NCBI GenBank assembly: GCA_963851265.1 | Contig: CAWKNZ010000007.1 | Coordinates: 96,001-160,000 of the forward strand | From: an uncultured Gemmatimonadales bacterium | GTDB lineage: Bacteria; Gemmatimonadota; Gemmatimonadetes; Gemmatimonadales; Gemmatimonadaceae | Reading direction: 5' to 3' | Length of the DNA stretch: 64,000 bases | In this document: positions 30,607 to 38,841 of the stretch, piece by piece | Layout of the letters: every line of letters starts with the position of its first letter | How positions within the stretch are numbered: the stretch's first letter is position 1 | Notes under the pieces: generated by a model | Seen by the model: the letters and a program-made list of their open reading frames with translations, nothing else | The model's database searches: none | Told to the model about the DNA's origin: nothing | Program-made: the position numbers and the translations under genes

Positions 30607-32372
30607 GTGCGGGCGCCGGCGTGGAGCCGGGCGAGTCCGAGGCTCACCCACTGCCACACGAACACGCTGTTGTCGCACGCGCCCGCCACGTACCGCGCCC
30701 ACTCGGCACGTACCGCGTCGGCGTCGAGCCAAGCGCCGCTCGATCCACCGATCGCGCATTCGATACAGTCGTGCGCCCACGCGCGGAGCGGTCCGCGCAA
30801 CCACTCGCGTTGCGGCGTCTGCAGCGCGCGCTTGGGCGCGTCCGCCACCGCCGCAGGCGCGATCTTCCGGGTGAGCTGCCGGAGCGTCCACTTCCCCACG
30901 CCGTCGCGGATCTTGTGGCCTGCGGGTTGCCGAAGCGCCAGTTCGACGAGCCGGTGATCCAGAAACGGCTCCCGCAGTTCCGTCGACGCGCGCATCGAGA
31001 CACGGTCGTTGTACCGCAGCGCGCGCGGGAGCTTCGCGTGTCGCACGTCGCGGTACTGCAGGTCACGCAGGACGTCATCGAACGGACGGGGTGGTACAAA
31101 CGGGACCGCGAGCGCCCGGAACTCCGGCGTCAGGCATCCGGGGCGTGTCGTCGACTGCGTCGTACCTTGAACGAATGTGGCGGCTTCGCGGCCGCCGGCC
31201 GGCGTGCGGTCGTTCGCCGCCCGATAGTAGTCGTACCCGGCCCACTGTTCATCCATGCCCTGCCCGTCGAGGAGCACGGTCGCGCCACGCTCGCGCGCTG
31301 CCTCGAAGAGCCGCGCGTAGGCGAGTGTCGGAATTCCGCCGTACGGCTCGAGCGTGTGCGCCCACACCGACTCGGCGAGCGCCGGGACATCGGCGGAGAG
31401 AAGCCGACAGACCACGTGCGGATGGCGCGTGTGCGCGATCAGTTGCTCGGCCCACGGCAGCTCGTCGTAGCGGGCGTCGTTCGTAACGAACGTGAATGCG
31501 GTGACCGCCCCCGCGTCGACCAGGTCGTCCTGCTCGAGCCGCGCGATGAGCGCGAGCAACGCCGAGCTGTCGACCCCACCGCTGACGTTGACCCCGACCG
31601 GGACGTCGCTGCGGAACCGCCACCGGATGCTCGAATCGAGCAAAGTGAGATACTCCGCCGCAACCACGTCCTGCGACCTCCCGTCCAGCGCCGTGCCGAC
31701 GCGGTCGGCCACGTCGTACCAGCACTGGGTGCGACACCGGCCGTCCTTCCACGACAGCACGTGGCCGGGCGGAAGCGCCCAAACGCCGGTCCAGAACGTT
31801 CGGGCGGAGACGTCGTGCGCACCAGTGGCCAGATACGTCGCCCAAGTCGCGACGTCCGGCTCGCTCGGCACGCCGCCGGCGAAGAGCGCACCGATCTCGC
31901 TCGCCACGGCGAGGCCGCCGTCCGTACGCTGATGATAGTACAGCGGCTTGACGCCGAATCGATCGCGGACACCAGTTAGGCGCTGCTCGTGCGCGTCCCA
32001 CACCAGGAACGCGAACATCCCCATCAGCCGGTCGAGCGCTCCGGGTCCCCACCGGTCCCACGCCGCGAGCAGCACCTCCGTATCCGTACCGGTGCGAAAT
32101 GGATAGCTCGCCAGCTCCGCGCGTAGCTCGCGGTAGTTGTAGATCTCGCCGTTGAACACGATCCAGTACCGCCCGTCGTGCGACGCCATCGGTTGGCGCC
32201 CCGCGTCGGAGAGATCGAGGATGCTCAGCCGGTTGTGGCCGAGCAGCGCCCGGCCACCCGCATCCTGGTGGATGCCTTGGGCGTCGGGGCCACGGTGGCG
32301 CTGGCTGGCCACCATCGCCGTGATCTGCGGGCACTCCCAACCGGCGCCGAACAACCCCGCGATACCGCACAT
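30603..32372 (-). CDS. asnB: Asparagine-synthase-type glutamine amidotransferase
   Basis: MCGIAG, HRGPD, RLSILDL, NGEIYN, RDRFGVKPL, SGGVDSS and REPFLD. Confidence 0.9.
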   Translation of the reverse strand: MCGIAGLFGAGWECPQITAMVASQRHRGPDAQGIHQDAGGRALLGHNRLSILDLSDAGRQPMASHDGRYWIVFNGEIYNYRELRAELASYPFRTGTDTEVLLAAWDRWGPGALDRLMGMFAFLVWDAHEQRLTGVRDRFGVKPLYYHQRTDGGLAVASEIGALFAGGVPSEPDVATWATYLATGAHDVSARTFWTGVWALPPGHVLSWKDGRCRTQCWYDVADRVGTALDGRSQDVVAAEYLTLLDSSIRWRFRSDVPVGVNVSGGVDSSALLALIARLEQDDLVDAGAVTAFTFVTNDARYDELPWAEQLIAHTRHPHVVCRLLSADVPALAESVWAHTLEPYGGIPTLAYARLFEAARERGATVLLDGQGMDEQWAGYDYYRAANDRTPAGGREAATFVQGTTQSTTRPGCLTPEFRALAVPFVPPRPFDDVLRDLQYRDVRHAKLPRALRYNDRVSMRASTELREPFLDHRLVELALRQPAGHKIRDGVGKWTLRQLTRKIAPAAVADAPKRALQTPQREWLRGPLRAWAHDCIECAIGGSSGAWLDADAVRAEWARYVAGACDNSVFVWQWVSLGLARLHAGART

Positions 32373-32374
32373 GA

Positions 32375-32587
32375 TCAGCGACTCCCGTCGGCGGCGGCGA
32401 CGATTCGACGCGGGCCAGTATCGCGCTCGTGTACCGACGCGGGCGCGGGCCTCATCGTGTCGATGACGGCGCGCATCACGGTTGCCAGCGTGCGTGCCGG
32501 GTGCCGTCGGGACCGCGGGCGTAGACTGGCCGTCGGAAATCGACCGTTCACGACGGCGCCGTCCACGCGCACCGTATCGCCGGTCAT
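32375..32587 (-). CDS. Small hypothetical protein (70 aa)
   Basis: Fills the neuA-asnB gap exactly: ATGA overlap with the neuA stop, ending 2 nt before the asnB start. No motif recognised. Confidence 0.35.
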   Translation of the reverse strand: MTGDTVRVDGAVVNGRFPTASLRPRSRRHPARTLATVMRAVIDTMRPAPASVHERDTGPRRIVAAADGSR

Positions 32588-33312
32588 AGGCCAGCCTGCG
32601 CCATCGCCGCCTGCGTCACGCCGAGCCGCTCGACGATGGCTTCAGCCCGCGCCCAGTCGTCGGGCGAATCTATGTTCACGCTCCGCTCGGGATCCATTGT
32701 GTAGCCGAGCACCCGCGCGCCGTACAACGAGTCCTGTTGCATCACCACCGCGCAGCGCGACACGTATACCGCGCCGTCCCGGTGGAACGCCGGTGGCAGC
32801 GCCTGGCGTCGCGGAATCGGTGTGGCATCGCCGGTCGAGAGCCGCAGCCCACCATCGGGTGCGAGAAGGTAGGTCCAGTGCGGATGGTACTCCGCCGGCA
32901 CCGGAAGTACGGAAAGCACCGCGTCGGCTGCCTCCGAATCGAACAGTGCCACGCACGCGTCGATGTCGTCGCTCCGGCGGAACGGGCTCGTCGGCTGTAG
33001 CAGGCAGACAGCGTCATAGTGATCGCCGGTCGCGGCCAGGCGTCGCAGCGCGTCCTGCACGACGGGAAGCGTTGGCGTCGCATCGCGCGCGAGCTCCCCC
33101 GCCCGCATAAACGGTACGTCGAGCCCGAACCGCCGGCCGACGGCAGCCACTTCGCCATCATCCGTACTCAGCACAACGCGTGTGAGCGTGCGTGCCGCGA
33201 GCGCGGCTTCTGCCGTCCAGGCGAGCAGCGGCCGCCCGCCGAGCAGGCGGACGTTCTTGCGCGGGACACCCTTGGAGCCTCCGCGCGCGGGGATGAGTCC
33301 GAGGACACGCAC
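32584..33312 (-). CDS. neuA: CMP-N-acylneuraminate synthetase
   Basis: IPARGGSKGVPRKN, STDD, LQPTSPFR and NIDSPDD. Confidence 0.92.
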   Translation of the reverse strand: MRVLGLIPARGGSKGVPRKNVRLLGGRPLLAWTAEAALAARTLTRVVLSTDDGEVAAVGRRFGLDVPFMRAGELARDATPTLPVVQDALRRLAATGDHYDAVCLLQPTSPFRRSDDIDACVALFDSEAADAVLSVLPVPAEYHPHWTYLLAPDGGLRLSTGDATPIPRRQALPPAFHRDGAVYVSRCAVVMQQDSLYGARVLGYTMDPERSVNIDSPDDWARAEAIVERLGVTQAAMAQAGL

Positions 33313-33313
33313 G

Positions 33314-34465
33314 TCAGTAGGTGAGCCGCTTGTCGATCCCGAGCACCTCGCCGGCCAGCAGGGCCGCGATACGTGTGCCGGCATGTCCGTCGCCGTACAG
33401 CGGGTCGCTCGGATACAGCCCGTTGGCGAGATGCCGATCGATCGCGGCGCCGATCTCGTCGCGTGCATATCCGACGTCAATCACGTTCGCGCCGCGGTCG
33501 CGTCCCACCTGTCGCGTCCCGACGTTCACGACCGGCACCCCGAGGAACGAGCACTCGCGAACCCCCACGCTCGAGTTGCCGACGAGCAGCTTGGCGTTGC
33601 AGAGGAGCCGCAGGAAATCCAGCGACGCCATGTTCTTGAAGAAGTGCATCTGCCGCGGCTTGCGCTGCTCGCGAAAGCTCCGGATCGCGCCCGACGTGCC
33701 GTCGGATCCCGCGTCGACGTTCGGCCAGAACCAGAGCACCGGCAGACCCACCTGGTCCGCGGCTTCGAGCGTCTCGACGGTCTGCGCCCGCGCTGCCTCG
33801 TACTCTGTGGTGACCGGGTGCTGGAGGACGACGATGTAGCCGGCGGAGAGGTCCTGCCGCGCGCCGACCCCACCGTACGTGTCGAACGGGTCGAACGTGA
33901 GGGCCGGGTCGCACGCGACCTGTGCGGCGAGATCGATGCTGGGGCATCCGGTCACGTGCACCGCGCTTGCACGCTCGCCCATCCGGAGCAGGCGCTCGGC
34001 GGCGGGTTGACACGATACGAGGTGTAGGTCCGCGAGCTTCGTCACCGCGTGTCGGACTTTCTCGTCGATGGAGCCGGTCACCTCGCCACCCTGCACGTGC
34101 GCGAGCGGGATGTTCATGTATGCCGCCGCGACGGCCGTGGCGATCGTCTCGAACCGATCGGCGATGGTTACCACGACGTCGGGCTGCATGTTGTCAAAGA
34201 CCGTCGTGAGTTCCATCAGGCCGATGCCCGCCGTCTTCGCCATCGCGGCCAGGTGTCCGCCTTCGAGAACCATGTGCACGCGCGCGGCAACCTCGAATCC
34301 GTCACGCTCGATGAAATCGATCGCCGTCCCATACCGGTCGAGCAGCGCTGACGCCGCAACGACGAGCCGCAGCTCGGTCCCCGGATGCGCCTGGATCGCC
34401 TGAAGTGCGGTCTTGATCCGGCTGTAGCTGGGACGAGCGGTGACGACGACGCAGACCGTGCGCAT
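33314..34465 (-). CDS. neuC: UDP-N-acetylglucosamine 2-epimerase (hydrolysing)
   Basis: ADRFE, HVQGGEVTGSIDEKVRHAVTKLADLH, QHPVT, GNSS and YGDG. Confidence 0.92.
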   Translation of the reverse strand: MRTVCVVVTARPSYSRIKTALQAIQAHPGTELRLVVAASALLDRYGTAIDFIERDGFEVAARVHMVLEGGHLAAMAKTAGIGLMELTTVFDNMQPDVVVTIADRFETIATAVAAAYMNIPLAHVQGGEVTGSIDEKVRHAVTKLADLHLVSCQPAAERLLRMGERASAVHVTGCPSIDLAAQVACDPALTFDPFDTYGGVGARQDLSAGYIVVLQHPVTTEYEAARAQTVETLEAADQVGLPVLWFWPNVDAGSDGTSGAIRSFREQRKPRQMHFFKNMASLDFLRLLCNAKLLVGNSSVGVRECSFLGVPVVNVGTRQVGRDRGANVIDVGYARDEIGAAIDRHLANGLYPSDPLYGDGHAGTRIAALLAGEVLGIDKRLTY

Positions 34466-34482
34466 GGGAAGGGGCTCGGCGT

Positions 34483-35571
34483 TTACGTCGGGAAAACGAC
34501 ATCGGACGCGGCGAGCAGCTCGTCGCGGGCCATCGCGCGCGTGAGGGTCGCACCGACCAGATCCGAGAGACGGTCGGCCGGGATGCCTGTTCCGGGCTTC
34601 TTCGCGGCTAAATGCGTCCGCTGTAGGACCGTGCCGGCGACGAGCGGCACGCGCGCGACGACGCTCTTCGTGAAAAGCGTACGCATGGCCGCCGTCTCGG
34701 CCGACGCCACGTCTTTGTCGACCGGGTGCGCCAGCATGCGCTCGCACGCGCGCACGCCGGCGACGAGCTGCGCGAACTCGGCGCTCGTGACCGATGCCGG
34801 CACGTCGGGGCCGAACATCTCGCGGCTGAGTGTGAGGTGTACCTCGACCACGTCCGCGCCTAACGTAGCCGCCGCAATCGCCGGCCAGATCGTCCCGGAG
34901 TGATCCGACAGGCCGACGGCACAACCGTAGCGCGCGCGGTACTCGGGAAGCAGGTTCAGGCCTACGCGCTCCGGGGGGCAGGGGTACGCCGACGTGCACT
35001 GCAAGACGGCGAACGGCGCGTCCGCGGCTCGGATCCGGGCGACGGCGGCGTCGAGCTCCGCCCAATCGCTCATCCCCGACGAGAGCAGGACCGGGATGCC
35101 CGATCGTGCCATTCGGTCGAGCACCGCGCCATTCGCCACCTCGCCCGAAGCAACCTTCCACGCGCAGGTTCCGACGCGCTCCAGCAACTCCATCGCGTCC
35201 AGCGAGAATGGCGTGCTGAGAAAGAGCAGCCCGCGTTCGGTCGCGTGCGCGCGAAGACCCGCCCACTCGGGTTCCGTGAACTCCATGCGGCGCCAGTACG
35301 CGTAGCGCGAGACGTCCTGCGGGCTGAACCGCACGCGCCAGGGCTCGCTCGGCGTGCTCTCCGCGTCCGCAATGTGCGTCTGGAACTTGACAACGTCGGC
35401 ACCCGCAACGGCCGCGGCGTCGACGAACGCATGCGCGAGTCCAAGGCTGCCGTCATGCGCCTGCGCGACTTCCGCGATGAGCAGACACCGTCCCGCGTCG
35501 GGAGGGAGTCCGGCAGCCCCGCGGAGTCGTGCGCGGAGCGAGGTCACGCCGGCGACGGGCTCAGACCGCAT
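34483..35571 (-). CDS. neuB: N-acylneuraminate (nonulosonate) synthase
   Basis: IAEVAQAHDG, VKFQT, STPFS, KVASGE, CTSAYP, GLSDHS, EVHLTL and a C-terminal SAF-like KKPGTGIP. Confidence 0.92.
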   Translation of the reverse strand: MRSEPVAGVTSLRARLRGAAGLPPDAGRCLLIAEVAQAHDGSLGLAHAFVDAAAVAGADVVKFQTHIADAESTPSEPWRVRFSPQDVSRYAYWRRMEFTEPEWAGLRAHATERGLLFLSTPFSLDAMELLERVGTCAWKVASGEVANGAVLDRMARSGIPVLLSSGMSDWAELDAAVARIRAADAPFAVLQCTSAYPCPPERVGLNLLPEYRARYGCAVGLSDHSGTIWPAIAAATLGADVVEVHLTLSREMFGPDVPASVTSAEFAQLVAGVRACERMLAHPVDKDVASAETAAMRTLFTKSVVARVPLVAGTVLQRTHLAAKKPGTGIPADRLSDLVGATLTRAMARDELLAASDVVFPT

Positions 35572-36469
35572 CGGCGAACGTCCGCTCCATGCGGCGGAAG
35601 TAGAACGCGCCCGACACGAGCAGTAGCGCGGCCGAGACGGACGAAACGGCGAGAGTGGCGACCGGGGCCCCACGTCCGCTCCCGAAAAGCGCCCAACGGA
35701 AGCCGTCGACGACGCCGACCATGGGGTTCACGGCGTACAGCGAGCGCCACGGACCGCGGACCAGACTGCTCGGGTACGCGACCGGCGTCGCGAACATCCA
35801 GATCTGCGTGAGAAATGGGACCACGTACCGCACGTCGCGGTAACGTACGTTCATCGCCGAGAGCCACAGCCCGACTCCAAGCGCCGCCGCCAGCGCAAGC
35901 ACCACGAGCGCCGGCAACGTCGTGACAGCGAGCGTTGGGCGTACGCCGTAATAGGCCATCATCGCGAACAACAGTCCGAGGGCGATCGCGAGGTCGACCA
36001 GGCCGACGAGCACCGTTGCAATCGGCACGGCCAGGCGCGGGAAGTACACCTTCTTCAGCAGCGTCGCGCTGCCAACGAGCGCGTTGGATGCGTTGGTCAG
36101 TCCGGACGCGAAGAACGTCCACGGCACGAGTGCGGCGAAGCTGAAGATCGGGTACGGAATCCCGTCCGAGGGCACCTTCGCGAGCTTGCCGAAGAACACG
36201 CTGAACACGACCATCGTCAGAAACGGCTGCAGCAGCGCCCAGGCTGCCCCGAGTGCCGTCTGCTTGTAGCGCACCTTTACGTCGCGCCAGGCGAAGAAGA
36301 AGAGCAGCTCCCGGTGTTCGACGAGTTCGCGCAGTTGCAACGCCCGCCACCCGGTCGTGGCCTCGATGCGCCGCTCGATCCCAGTCGCGACCGTCGTCCC
36401 CGCGGGGCCAACGCCGGGGCCGGGCGGTGGCCCCGAGTAGAGGCCATGCGTGAGTGAGATCGAGAACAT
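35561..36469 (-). CDS. wzm: Polysaccharide ABC transporter permease
   Basis: RDVKVRYKQTALGAAWALLQP, KKVYFPR, VRYRDV, ATPVAYP and NPM. Confidence 0.95.
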   Translation of the reverse strand: MFSISLTHGLYSGPPPGPGVGPAGTTVATGIERRIEATTGWRALQLRELVEHRELLFFFAWRDVKVRYKQTALGAAWALLQPFLTMVVFSVFFGKLAKVPSDGIPYPIFSFAALVPWTFFASGLTNASNALVGSATLLKKVYFPRLAVPIATVLVGLVDLAIALGLLFAMMAYYGVRPTLAVTTLPALVVLALAAALGVGLWLSAMNVRYRDVRYVVPFLTQIWMFATPVAYPSSLVRGPWRSLYAVNPMVGVVDGFRWALFGSGRGAPVATLAVSSVSAALLLVSGAFYFRRMERTFADAV

Positions 36470-36627
36470 GAGCGGGGGTGACGGCAGGACGCGCGCGAGC
36501 GACGTGCGGCTCGGCTCGTGGCGGCGGGGAGGGCGGAACGACGGACGGAGATGCGCAGATCGACCCATCAGTCGAGTGCCAGGCGACCGGCATCTTCCAT
36601 TCCCAGATGACGACTGCGAAAGCCAAT

Positions 36628-36654
36628 CCAAGTACTTCACAGACAAAGACTTGG
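36628..36654. promoter_or_regulatory. AT-rich inverted-repeat element (IHF-site-like or activator site) upstream of wzm
   Basis: CCAAGT-N15-ACTTGG in an otherwise GC-rich intergenic region. Confidence 0.3.
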
Positions 36655-36770
36655 CGCGTACCGCGCGCCCGGTCGCGATCGTACCGAGAGCGAGTGTCAG
36701 CGCGGTACCGCACAACTGTCAGGTACGCGCCGCAACTGCGCCCAGAGCGCGCGTCGTCGTGGGGCTTGGG

Positions 36771-38315
36771 TCAGGCCGCGCTCGGCTGCTCACCCATCGC
36801 GCTCGCCGGAATGTCGTCGTCTCGCCGCACGATGCCGTACCGCTCGACGAGGCGATACAGCGTCGTGCGGTCCATGCTCGCGATACGCGACGCTTTCGAG
36901 AGATTCCCGCCCGCTCGCACGACGAGCCGCGAGAGGTAGAGCCGATCGAACTCGGCGACGATCTCGTCTCTTCCCGGGTAATAATCACGTTCGAGCAGCC
37001 GACGCGGGATCGTGATCTCGCCGCCGCTCTCGACGGGCTCGTCGTAACACGGGACCTCGTCGACGCGCAGCGTCGCGCCCGGCTGCGCCATGACGGCCAG
37101 GTATTCGACGACGTTCTGAAGTTCGCGGACGTTCCCGTACCAAGGACGGGAGGCGAGAAAGCTCAGCGTCGATGGCGCGAAGCATGGCGGCCGGTGCTCG
37201 TGCCCGCGGAACTTCCGCCACGCCGACGCGAGGAAGTGTTGCGCGAGCAGCGGAACGTCCTCCGGACGGTCGCGCAGCGCTGGGAGCTTGATGAGCACGA
37301 CGCGCAATCGATAGAACAGATCCTTGCGCAGCAGGCCCCGCCGGACGGCCTCGTGGGGTTCCACGTTGGTGGCCGAGACGAAACGCACGTCGACCTGGGC
37401 GTCGTTCTGCTCGCTCCCGACGCGCCGGACGATGCCGTCCTGCACGACGCGCAGCAGCTTGGCCTGTAGCCGCGGCGACATCTCGGTGAATTCGTCCAGC
37501 AAGAACGTCCCACCGTGCGCGGTTTCGAGCAGTCCAACCTTTTCACGCTCGGCACCGGTGAACGCCCCGCGACGGTGGCCGAGCAGCTCGCTCTCGAGCA
37601 ACGCCTCCGGCAGGGCGGCGCAGTTTACCGGTACGAGCGGCTTGGCCGAGCGCCGGCTGTGGCGGTGGATCAGGTTCGCGATCACCTCCTTCCCGGTCCC
37701 GCTCTCCCCGTAGATCATCACCGAGGCGTCACTTGGAGCAACGCGCAACGCCATCTCGACAGCGGCTCGAAACGCCGGCGCGGTGCCAACGCACGATGTC
37801 CGTCCCTCGGCCGGAGACGCTGCGCGAAACGTCGTCCCGCCGCGCGTGCGCGCTCCCTCGCTGCTCGATTGTGCAGTGGCCTGGATCGCTCGTCCGAGCA
37901 GGACGCCCAGGTGGTCTGGCGTGAACGGCTTCAGCAAGTATTCCCACGCGCCGTTCCGGACGACGTCGGCGTTCGCCTCGATCGCGGGGGTCCCGGTGGT
38001 GACGACCACGAGAGCGCTTGGGAGCGCGACGTGGATTGCCCCCACCAGTCCGGCGCCATCCGGCGACAGGTCGAGATCGACGAGTACGAGGTCGAACGCC
38101 GCCGCGTGCACGCGCTCCAACGCTTCCGGCCCGCTGCGTGCCGTGTGCACGCTGCATCCCGTTGTGCGAAAGAATCCAGCACAGCCCTCGCGCAACGCAC
38201 GGTCCGCCTCGACGATGAGGACGCGGAGCGCGTTCCGCTCGCGCGGCGCGTCGGAGACATCGTGGACGGCGCGTTCCGCGTCATCACCGGATCGAAGCAG
38301 GACGCGGGCAGACAT
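36771..38315 (-). CDS. Sigma54-dependent NtrC-family response regulator (REC-AAA+-HTH)
   Basis: REC (LVD, TTG, KPF), Walker A GESGTGKE, GAFTGA, LLDE, DLFYRL, GNVREL and a Fis-type HTH (RTTLYR). Confidence 0.92.
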   Translation of the reverse strand: MSARVLLRSGDDAERAVHDVSDAPRERNALRVLIVEADRALREGCAGFFRTTGCSVHTARSGPEALERVHAAAFDLVLVDLDLSPDGAGLVGAIHVALPSALVVVTTGTPAIEANADVVRNGAWEYLLKPFTPDHLGVLLGRAIQATAQSSSEGARTRGGTTFRAASPAEGRTSCVGTAPAFRAAVEMALRVAPSDASVMIYGESGTGKEVIANLIHRHSRRSAKPLVPVNCAALPEALLESELLGHRRGAFTGAEREKVGLLETAHGGTFLLDEFTEMSPRLQAKLLRVVQDGIVRRVGSEQNDAQVDVRFVSATNVEPHEAVRRGLLRKDLFYRLRVVLIKLPALRDRPEDVPLLAQHFLASAWRKFRGHEHRPPCFAPSTLSFLASRPWYGNVRELQNVVEYLAVMAQPGATLRVDEVPCYDEPVESGGEITIPRRLLERDYYPGRDEIVAEFDRLYLSRLVVRAGGNLSKASRIASMDRTTLYRLVERYGIVRRDDDIPASAMGEQPSAA

Positions 38316-38841
38316 TCGAGGAGGGGAGTTGCCGGGGCAGGTGGAGGGCGGCTGTGACGCCGGCCCAGATGCGGCGCCGCGACAATGTGAACCGATCGTC
38401 ATTTCCGCAATACGCGATTTCGGCGAACAGCGGACCTATCAGCTGGCCCTGTACGACGATGACACGCTGAGGCGGAATCGTTGCGTCAGAAGCTTACGAT
38501 CCAATCGCTTTGGTGGGATAACGCACACCATGACGCGTCGACCGTCTGACCGCGAGATGTTGCGCCGTAGTACGGTCGCCGTGCGCGTACGAGCGCTCCG
38601 GTATCCCTCGATACGCTGGCTGCAATGGGGCATCTGCGCCGGCCGGTCGCCGATGCCAAGGGTCGCCGCGGCGGTGGCCGGATCGTCGTCGCTGTTGTGG
38701 TGTTACTGATTCACGTCTTGGATTCGATCGGCGTGATCCAGGCGCGGACACGTCCTCTCGCTTGCTCGTCGGCTCACCATCGGCTGCGCGTAGGCCAGTG
38801 CAGGAGACAGCCCCATCGTGAGGTTTGGGATCAGTGCCGGA

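Noticed and set aside
36565..36582. Sigma54 promoter for wzm (CTGGCACTCGACTGAT on minus)
   Set aside because: The -24 box matches, but the position 10 nt after GG reads AT rather than GC, so it is not called as a feature.
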